Assembly (NCBI GenBank): GCA_019056785.1
Contig: DXJV01000053.1
Location: 1 to 29,843, forward strand
Direction of reading: 5' to 3'
Origin: Candidatus Heimdallarchaeota archaeon
Lineage (GTDB): Archaea; Asgardarchaeota; Heimdallarchaeia; JABLTI01
Length of the DNA stretch: 29,843 nucleotides
Shown here in pieces: positions 1-7,305 of the stretch. The notes under the pieces are model-generated. The model ran no database searches and had not been told where the DNA came from. It saw nothing but the letters and a program-made list of their open reading frames with translations. Within the stretch, counting starts at the first letter, position 1. Every line of letters begins with the position of its first letter. The translations under genes were made by a program, and so were the position numbers.

Positions 1-3000
1 AAACTCACAACAACTGTACTCGTCTTAGATGATGAAAACCAACCCGTCAGTGGGTTAGATTTTGAATTGTGGTACAAAATCAACGGGACATACAAACACA
101 TCCCTCATATTTTCACTACAAACAGTAGCGGACAAGCAGACATTTTGCATTCTATAGACCAACTCGAGCCTGGCTTTTACGAAGCCTCCCACTTTTTCCA
201 ACCTCTCGATTATGTTATTGGATATTCCGGCGGTTCTCTCTTTGGCAATACAACTGTCGCAAAAGGTGAGCTTCTCCTCGAGTTTTCAAATCATGCCGGT
301 CAGTGGCATGAAAACCTGACCATCTCTGCGCGTGTTACCTCCCTTGCAGAAGGTTGGATGGGTGTGTTGGTTGAATTTTATTACCTTGCAGGAACCAGTT
401 GGTCATTTATTGCTGCGGGGTTAACAAATAACTCTGGCTTTGCAGTGGTCACCTGGCCGACTATACCTTTAGAAGCAGGCAATTATCTTCTCCGTGCAGT
501 TGTCCCTGAAAATGCACTATTTACTGCTGTGGAAGAGAATGCTTCTTTGATTGTGGGGCGTGCGCCTATTACTTTATTCTTGTTTAAAAATGGTTCATTA
601 AAAGGAAATGGTGAGATCGTCGAAGTCGAATACCTCGAGACTTTTCATTTCCTATTCTTCGCGACATATGAAGATGGGCAACCGGCAACAGATGTTATAA
701 TTACAATAAAAGCTCGTCTACTTGATGACTTCTTTTATACAAAGCTGGGTTCCATTGTCACCAATGGTACTGGCTTTGCTCTGTATAGTGGCTATCATTA
801 TTTAGATCTTGTTGGCAATGAATATCTTTTCAGGGCGGAAATTGCTGAAAACAGTCAGCATGAGGAAGAAGTACTCTATTTTAAAGTTCTTCTTACCAAA
901 TGCAAACCCATTGTTTATTTCACAGACCATTTATGCGAGAAAGGAACTTCGACAGAAGCTGTCGCTCAATTTGTTAGTATTGATGCTCGTGCGGTGAAAA
1001 ACGCCCAAGTCGTTTTCATTGTGAATGGTTTAACATTTACTACCAGAACAGATAGATATGGCTTTGCGAGGATAATTATTGTTCCTGACTTTTCTGTTGG
1101 GCAATACACATTTCTCTGCCAAATAATCGAAGACAGCTTCTTCGCAGCCGCAGAAAAGAATGCTACTCTTGTTATCTCAAAAGGGCGCCCTCAATTTACT
1201 GTCTTTGCCGCTGCAGCACCAAAAGATGGTTTTTTAACGATCCGTGCAGAAGCAAAAGACTTACTCAATCGGCCAATAGCCAACTTATCCGTGTTATTAA
1301 CTGTTCAAAGCTGGAGTCAATACTTCCTGACAGATGCCAATGGGCAGATTGAATATACTTTCCAGGTTACCGGTCTTGATTATGGCACGTACCTCTCCAT
1401 TCTAACGTTCGACGGTGATAATAATTGGTTTAGTGCAACACAAACTAGTTCTGTCTTAATCTATCAAAAAGAGTCACAATTGACCCTCTTAACAACTACT
1501 CTTACCGTGACTTATCTTGATCAACTCGTTGTAGATGGGCTTTTAACAGATGAATTTGGAACTCCTTTGAGCAACCGTTTAATCCAATTCTTTCTTATCT
1601 ATTCAAATGGTTCAATGCTTCAATTAGGTGAAAATCAGACTGATGAACACGGCAGGGTTCAGCTTACCTTTGAAATTGCTTTCATCCCGGGAAGCTATGA
1701 CATTAACCTTCATTATACGGGTGCAGTGGATTTTGGACCGGCAAATGCAATGACCTCTCTTCTCATAGAACAGGCGGCAACAAAGCTTGCAGGTGAAGAT
1801 GTAACGGTCATAATAAATTCAACAACCAGTTTCAATGTCACTCTTCAAAGCCTACAGGGACAACCAATAGTCAATCAAGAGCTAAGTGTGTATGTCTGGC
1901 AGAATGGCTCTTGGTTGTTTCTCGGAAAATTCCAGACAAATTATCTTGGTATTTGCATGGTTGGTTTTTATGTGCCTTTCTCCATTGGCATTTATTCGCT
2001 TCGAATTACTTACTCAGGAAATGTTTGCTTCCTAAGCACCACACTCGAGGTGAATCTGGAAGTTGTTGCCAGCCCCCCACAAATTACGCCGCAACTTTCG
2101 GTGATACTTGAGAAATCTACGGTGGTGCCATTTGAGTTTTTAACGGTCGAACTGCAAGCGCAAAATGCTTATGCCGGAAGCTCTATCGTCATTCAAGTGT
2201 ATGTAAACGGTACTTACAATTCTACATTTATTCTCTTTGATGGGCTTGGCAGTTTTACCTGGGCTGCAGAGCAGGTGGGCTTGTACAACCTAACTTTCTT
2301 GGTGGTTGAAGATGCACTTTACTTCAAAACAAGTGTAATGGTAATTATTGAAGTCATTGAAAATGAACCACCTGAGCTTCTGGGATATTCATTCGAAGAC
2401 ATTCTTTTTGTAGGAGATCCGTTCGTCATCGAAGCCGCCTTTTATGACGAATCCGGAATTGGGAGCTGTTGGCTTACTATTAACGGTACAAGATACGATT
2501 TAGAACCAATAGGCACAGTCTACAATGGAACTGTCTTCGATTTGGAAGTTGGTCACTACAACCTCACTCTCTTTGTGGAGGACCGGCAAGGATACCTCGC
2601 ATTCTACCCTGTTAAACAATTGCTTGTCATAGAACGAAAAACTCAGGTAGTGAAATACAATTTGAATACAAACATCCTGGAGTTGGGACAGGACTTCAAT
2701 TTTGAAGCACTTATTTATAGCGAAACAACCGTCGAAGCCGTTTATCTTTTCTTAAACGGCACAAAATACCAAATGACCAAGCTTTTTGAAAATACTCAAC
2801 AACTAAGTGGCTGGTCTATCGTCTTAAAGTCCCTGCCATTGGGGACATACTGGCTAGCCATGCAAATTGTTGAAACAAATGGCGCTGTCACCACAGGAGA
2901 AATACATGACTCTTTGCTTGTGATCCCGAATAGACCAACAGTATCTATTAGTTGGACCGTGGAACAGAGCGAAGGTAGCGATTATGTCAGTGGCTTAATA

Positions 3001-3876
3001 ACAATTGTTTCCTTCTATGAAATCGTCAATGTCTCTCTCTGGCTCGATGGTCAACCAATTCAAGTAATGAAAACAACAGAAACCACCTTCACTTTCGAAG
3101 CCTATGTTGCGCATGCAAAAAGCCATATCTTAAAAGTGTCAGTCGAAGACTCCAAAGGCAACCTTCTTTTAGAAGAGTTTACAAAAGGCGGTTCAGCATT
3201 TCCAACCGTTTTATTAACGTCAATAGTTTTATCGGTGCTTATTTTTATCTCGTTAGCAATTACTTTCTTTTTCCTGGCAGCAAAACGACAGAAACAAGGA
3301 CAAATTACTGACCAAAGTTCAATGGTGCTTGATATTCCTGAAATTGAGTTGGAGGAAGAAGCCAGTGTAGAAGAGGAGATAGAAGAAGGGCTTGACCAAG
3401 TAGCTGACTCTTCAGAAGTAGTAGAAGAAGAGGAAAAAGAAGAGGAGAAAGAACCGGTTGCGGAACAAAACAAGAGCCCCTCAACCAAAAAGAAACGAAA
3501 ATCAAAGGCTGCAGTTGCAGCAGTTTCAGCCTGTGTTCTCCTTCCAGAAGGTGATTTAGTTGTCCCGGAGATTTCCACGCAAGCAATCCCCCTCCCTTCC
3601 GAACCCCTTTTAGCAGAGGTGAAAGAGTATGTTGCCACTGTTAAAGAAGATGGTTTAATACAAACGCCGGAAAATGGTTCCAATGGGAATGGGAGAAAAA
3701 GTATCCAGGATCTTTCAACCCTTTCCGTTGAAATAGACCAGCGCCTTCTTCCTAAAAAAGAGCAAAAACAGCGGGAGCAAGAAGAGGCCCGCCTGAAAAA
3801 TCCTGCTGTTTTAAGTCTGAAGGAAATTGCTGAAGAAATTGAGGAGACCTTTTCCAATAAGAGAGAAAAGAACTAG
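1..3876 (+). CDS. Large cell-surface protein with tandem Ig-like repeats, a C-terminal TM anchor and an acidic cytoplasmic tail (5'-partial)
   Basis: Frame +1 is open from base 1 (KLTTTVLVLDDENQPVSGLDFELW...), so the gene starts upstream of the window. A T(N/D)xxGx(A/I/V) motif recurs about every 100 aa (TNSSGQA, TNNSGFA, TNGTGFA, TDRYGFA, TDANGQI, TDEHGRV). There are many NxS/T sequons. A TM segment (VLLTSIVLSVLIFISLAITFFFLAA, ~3205-3282) is followed by KRQK and a ~195-aa tail. Confidence 0.85.
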   Translation, partial: KLTTTVLVLDDENQPVSGLDFELWYKINGTYKHIPHIFTTNSSGQADILHSIDQLEPGFYEASHFFQPLDYVIGYSGGSLFGNTTVAKGELLLEFSNHAGQWHENLTISARVTSLAEGWMGVLVEFYYLAGTSWSFIAAGLTNNSGFAVVTWPTIPLEAGNYLLRAVVPENALFTAVEENASLIVGRAPITLFLFKNGSLKGNGEIVEVEYLETFHFLFFATYEDGQPATDVIITIKARLLDDFFYTKLGSIVTNGTGFALYSGYHYLDLVGNEYLFRAEIAENSQHEEEVLYFKVLLTKCKPIVYFTDHLCEKGTSTEAVAQFVSIDARAVKNAQVVFIVNGLTFTTRTDRYGFARIIIVPDFSVGQYTFLCQIIEDSFFAAAEKNATLVISKGRPQFTVFAAAAPKDGFLTIRAEAKDLLNRPIANLSVLLTVQSWSQYFLTDANGQIEYTFQVTGLDYGTYLSILTFDGDNNWFSATQTSSVLIYQKESQLTLLTTTLTVTYLDQLVVDGLLTDEFGTPLSNRLIQFFLIYSNGSMLQLGENQTDEHGRVQLTFEIAFIPGSYDINLHYTGAVDFGPANAMTSLLIEQAATKLAGEDVTVIINSTTSFNVTLQSLQGQPIVNQELSVYVWQNGSWLFLGKFQTNYLGICMVGFYVPFSIGIYSLRITYSGNVCFLSTTLEVNLEVVASPPQITPQLSVILEKSTVVPFEFLTVELQAQNAYAGSSIVIQVYVNGTYNSTFILFDGLGSFTWAAEQVGLYNLTFLVVEDALYFKTSVMVIIEVIENEPPELLGYSFEDILFVGDPFVIEAAFYDESGIGSCWLTINGTRYDLEPIGTVYNGTVFDLEVGHYNLTLFVEDRQGYLAFYPVKQLLVIERKTQVVKYNLNTNILELGQDFNFEALIYSETTVEAVYLFLNGTKYQMTKLFENTQQLSGWSIVLKSLPLGTYWLAMQIVETNGAVTTGEIHDSLLVIPNRPTVSISWTVEQSEGSDYVSGLITIVSFYEIVNVSLWLDGQPIQVMKTTETTFTFEAYVAHAKSHILKVSVEDSKGNLLLEEFTKGGSAFPTVLLTSIVLSVLIFISLAITFFFLAAKRQKQGQITDQSSMVLDIPEIELEEEASVEEEIEEGLDQVADSSEVVEEEEKEEEKEPVAEQNKSPSTKKKRKSKAAVAAVSACVLLPEGDLVVPEISTQAIPLPSEPLLAEVKEYVATVKEDGLIQTPENGSNGNGRKSIQDLSTLSVEIDQRLLPKKEQKQREQEEARLKNPAVLSLKEIAEEIEETFSNKREKN

Positions 3877-3889
3877 CGGAGGAAGCACT

Positions 3890-5137
3890 ATTAAATCCCC
3901 TAACTACGTATTAAGCCATCAAAAATCAAACACAAAGCAAGTAGTGGTAGTTGCTCTTTTCCTCCTAAGCGTGATGCTTTTCTTTCTCCCACAATTAATA
4001 TCAGTGTCTCAAGGGAGCCCCCCTTTTCTTGAAAAGAGCTTGCATAACCAACAAAGCACTACCTTACAGGAATATTCTTTTTCTGACCTCGGATTTCTCC
4101 CCCCAACTTTAGATTGGGCCGGAATTGGTGCGTTTAATAGTGTCATAAATGTCACCTTCGACCTACCTACTAAGGGGCCAGTCCTGCTAATTATTGAGTA
4201 TAGTGTTCAAGGGGATAAGCCGCATTCGTTAGGCTATCATATTAGTGGTACTTTTAATGGCGAGTTTTTTGAAGTTCTTATCCCTCGAGCGCGTCTTTCC
4301 TACATTATCGATTCAAATGCCCCCCAACAACTTGTTATCCCTCTTGATGAGCCTGCAAGATTTCTTCAAAATAGTTTTTCCCTTAATATTAGTTGTAGTG
4401 AAGAAACATCAGAAACTCTCGCGGGAACGTTCATTGTTCATAGCGCTTCAAAATTTTTGATTGGAAACGTTCTAATTTTGGACGCGTTTGGCAATTTTCC
4501 AGTTCCAATTTTTCCGGCAGTATTCAAAGGTTATTCTACAATTGGAAGTGGAGTTGAATTTAAAAGCTTCATACAATTGACAATCGAAAATGAAAGTCTT
4601 GCATGCCATTCAAAATATCAAATTAGCTTAACACTTAAACTATCCAAGCAAGTTAGCGTTTCGCTTTCTATTCGTGATAAAAACAATCAAGTAGTCGTTT
4701 TGGAAAAAAATGAAACGACAAAGGGAACAGTTGTGGCAACAGCAAAGCTCTACCCTTATTTGGGTGTTAGTGTCTATGAATTAGATCTTACGGTGTTTAG
4801 TGGTTCTCTCTGGACCACTGAGTTTGAGATAACAATTGAACAGTGTAAGCTCTCTTTCTATAAAGAAGGCCGGCTATTTGGTTTTGACAGCTTGGAGATA
4901 CCTTTCTTTATTTGGCCCAGCGCACCCATTGTTGGTGTTGTAGTACTTGTGTTGTGGTTTCTTCCTTATTCTGTTCTCAAATATCGTGAATGGAAAAAAG
5001 TGCCCGAAGAATTCCAGATGGCTGTTCCGGAAGAAGAGGAGGATAATTTGAACATTTTTGACCCTGAAGGCTTTGCAGAAGACAGCCTTGGTGAGGATGA
5101 TATTGATGATACCCTTGAATCTTTGGAGGATGAATAA
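3890..5137 (+). CDS. Single-pass membrane protein with an N-terminal signal/anchor, a beta-rich extracellular region and an acidic C-tail
   Basis: ORF 3827..5137. Hydrophobic N-terminal segment VVVVALFLLSVMLFFL and C-terminal TM PIVGVVVLVLWFLPYSVL, followed by KYREWKK and a D/E-rich tail. The start is uncertain; I placed it at an in-frame ATT 7 nt after GGAGG (3878-3882). Confidence 0.7.
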   Translation: MKSPNYVLSHQKSNTKQVVVVALFLLSVMLFFLPQLISVSQGSPPFLEKSLHNQQSTTLQEYSFSDLGFLPPTLDWAGIGAFNSVINVTFDLPTKGPVLLIIEYSVQGDKPHSLGYHISGTFNGEFFEVLIPRARLSYIIDSNAPQQLVIPLDEPARFLQNSFSLNISCSEETSETLAGTFIVHSASKFLIGNVLILDAFGNFPVPIFPAVFKGYSTIGSGVEFKSFIQLTIENESLACHSKYQISLTLKLSKQVSVSLSIRDKNNQVVVLEKNETTKGTVVATAKLYPYLGVSVYELDLTVFSGSLWTTEFEITIEQCKLSFYKEGRLFGFDSLEIPFFIWPSAPIVGVVVLVLWFLPYSVLKYREWKKVPEEFQMAVPEEEEDNLNIFDPEGFAEDSLGEDDIDDTLESLEDE

Positions 5138-5138
5138 A

Positions 5139-5927
5139 ATGACAAATGAACAAATGATTACAACATCAGAAAATCTCGTACTTCTGTCAGACACTGCGAA
5201 AGCGACATCATTTCGCTTGAAATTAAAAAAAGCCCTTGCCAAGCTTAAGCCCAACTTCGTAAACGTTCTTCTTACGTTCATAGCATTTCTAATTTCATTG
5301 CTCGCTTCGAAGAATTTGATATTGACATTAGTGATAACACTTGGTATCTACCTCGGGATCGTTTTTTTGGTCCAACCATTGCTTAAGAACCATCAAATGA
5401 AAATCTTTCTTCAAAATCCCTTTAAAAGAAGCTTTTCTACTCCCAGAGAACTCCCTGTAAAAAACCAAACAGTACTGCTCTATCAAAGTGAAAAGACATT
5501 ATATGCAATCTCACTTTTACGAGTAGACTGGTTTGAAAAGGAACTCTCACTTAAGCTGTTATGGGATTATTTCCCGGAGGAAGGAATTTCCATACAAGAC
5601 TGTCAAGAAGGTTGTTTTTTAATAATTAAAAAACAAGACGAAGGCGGTTCAATTTCAAATTTACAAGAAAGGGCGACAAAACTTGTCAAAGAACTTGAAA
5701 AAACTATCATTCTTACCAAACGAAAGTTTGAGCTTTCTTTTGGAAATGTTCTGCTAAAGTTGGTGAAAGGGCAAGAGCAAATTAAAATGATCCTCCATCT
5801 CGGTCTTTCGCCGGAGAATTTTATTACACCCCCTCAAATGTCAGAAGAAGACCTCTTATTAGTGAAAGGTGAAGCGCTCTTGTCACCAACTTCTGAAGGA
5901 ACGGAGGAAGAAATTAACAGTCAGTAA
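5139..5927 (+). CDS. Membrane protein with an N-terminal 2-TM hairpin and a cytoplasmic alpha/beta domain (hypothetical)
   Basis: ORF 5058..5927. ATG 5139 lies 9 nt after GGAGG (5125-5129) and 1 nt after the upstream stop. Two TM segments: FVNVLLTFIAFLISLLA and LILTLVITLGIYLGIVFLV. Confidence 0.7.
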   Translation: MTNEQMITTSENLVLLSDTAKATSFRLKLKKALAKLKPNFVNVLLTFIAFLISLLASKNLILTLVITLGIYLGIVFLVQPLLKNHQMKIFLQNPFKRSFSTPRELPVKNQTVLLYQSEKTLYAISLLRVDWFEKELSLKLLWDYFPEEGISIQDCQEGCFLIIKKQDEGGSISNLQERATKLVKELEKTIILTKRKFELSFGNVLLKLVKGQEQIKMILHLGLSPENFITPPQMSEEDLLLVKGEALLSPTSEGTEEEINSQ

Positions 5928-5944
5928 ATGAGGTGAAAAAACAA

Positions 5945-6616
5945 ATGGAAACATTCTATCTTGAAACATTTTATCGTGCTCTCGAGTTAATTCTTGTCTT
6001 TTGGCTCCTGGGTTTGCTCTTTAAATGGGTTCTTGTCTTAGTTTTTGGACGGAAAGGCGCAAGAATCATTGGCTTCGTTGGTTATAGTGTTAATTTTGCC
6101 TTGAAAAAATTCTTGCTAAAAAGAATCTTCCAAATTGAGGTCTATGAGTGTGATCCCTTCCAATTGAAATTTACTTACGAAGAGACCGATCGCTGGGATG
6201 TTCTTTTCAGCTCACTTGTTGTAATTCCTATGGCAATTGGCCTTTTCTTGGGTTCATTGCTTGGGAGTATCGGCCTTTTACTTGAGAACCACTTGGGTAT
6301 TTTGGCAATTTTTCTTTATGTCCTTGGTTTTCTTGTTGCAGTAAATTCCACCCCCACACTCCAAGATGTCCAAGATTTAAAGAAGTGCTCCGTCCGTTCC
6401 ATCGTCATTTGGTTTGCGATGTGCACCGCTCTGTGTGGCTTATTAGCCGCTATTCTCGTTCCTTTCCTTCAAAGCTTGGGGATTCTGATTGCTATTGTCG
6501 TTGGTATTCTCGGGGCCACTGCTATAACATTTTATATTCCGGGTATCTCTTCCCAAATGGAGGGAGAGGGGCATCATCGAACAATTGTTGGAGGGACGAT
6601 CGATCTCGACAACTAA
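5945..6616 (+). CDS. Multipass membrane protein, degenerate member of the HExxH membrane metalloprotease-like (DUF3267/M50-like) family
   Basis: ORF 5933..6616, with SD GAGGTG (5930-5935) before ATG 5945. About 6 TM segments. GFVGYSVNFALKKFLLKRIFQIEVYE aligns by eye with the family pattern FPGVxVHExAHxxxCxLFGVxVxE, and VNSTPTLQD with the C-terminal xxPSxxD motif. The His/Glu ligands are absent. Confidence 0.6.
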   Translation: METFYLETFYRALELILVFWLLGLLFKWVLVLVFGRKGARIIGFVGYSVNFALKKFLLKRIFQIEVYECDPFQLKFTYEETDRWDVLFSSLVVIPMAIGLFLGSLLGSIGLLLENHLGILAIFLYVLGFLVAVNSTPTLQDVQDLKKCSVRSIVIWFAMCTALCGLLAAILVPFLQSLGILIAIVVGILGATAITFYIPGISSQMEGEGHHRTIVGGTIDLDN

Positions 6617-7301
6617 TTGTTTCAAACTAATTGCAATAGACAGTGGTCGAACAGCAGTTCAAACAAATCGTATAACGCATGTTTATGGTCCCCCAAAAAG
6701 TGGAAAAACTACTCTCTCCGCTAATATTGCCCTCTTATTGGCCCAAGCCGGCTTGCAGGTGGCAATCATTTCAACAGAGCGCCCCATAGAAATCCGAATG
6801 GACTCCATCATTCAAAGTGACGACTCTCTTTCTGATGCTTTTCTTGAAAATATCTTTTCAACAGAGGAGTACTCTTTCAAAGGTCTTTGTCAATTACTGG
6901 CTTCGGGCCTTGACCAAATTGAGTCTTCTGTTGACTTGCTTATTATTGATTCTCTTACAGCGACCTATCGGCAAGTTGCCAATGCTCGATCGCTCACCTT
7001 GCTACGTAAAGCCCTGGCCGCTTTACAAGCAATGGCATTTCGAAAACAGAAAGCAATTCTATTCACAAATCAAGTTTCCTCTAGAATGGATGGACTGAAT
7101 ACTTTTCGGCCGGTTGCTTCTGCTACAGTTCGTAATTATAGTGATGTTACTCTTCGCTTAGTTAAAAAGAGCAATGGGCAAACTGAACTTTCCTTTGAAG
7201 ATGTAAATGGTATCGAAGAAGCAGTTCTCCCCCCTTTAACGATTGGTGCAAAAGGGTTTGAAGAATTTAATTCAGTTTTCGAACTTGTAACGAATTATTA
7301 G
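6585..7301 (+). CDS. radB: RecA-superfamily ATPase, RadB-like DNA repair/recombination protein
   Basis: Walker A THVYGPPKSGKTT, AIISTE, Walker B LLIIDSLTATYR and LFTNQV. It has no N-terminal HhH domain of RadA, and ~238 aa matches RadB size. The TTG start overlaps the upstream gene. Confidence 0.75.
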   Translation: MLEGRSISTTNCFKLIAIDSGRTAVQTNRITHVYGPPKSGKTTLSANIALLLAQAGLQVAIISTERPIEIRMDSIIQSDDSLSDAFLENIFSTEEYSFKGLCQLLASGLDQIESSVDLLIIDSLTATYRQVANARSLTLLRKALAALQAMAFRKQKAILFTNQVSSRMDGLNTFRPVASATVRNYSDVTLRLVKKSNGQTELSFEDVNGIEEAVLPPLTIGAKGFEEFNSVFELVTNY

Positions 7302-7305
7302 TACT

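Noticed and set aside
3487-3507. SV40-type nuclear localisation signal (PSTKKKRKSK)
   Set aside because: Lys-rich patches are common in this AT-rich genome (Hef linker, Nop5 tail), and the host is a prokaryote. I kept it only as a basic patch.
3102-3857. 251-aa antisense ORF, and the other short overlapping ORFs in the track (e.g. 16415-16948, 4874-5281, 17472-17831)
   Set aside because: These are shadow frames of well-supported genes, with low-complexity Ser/Phe-rich translations and no motifs.
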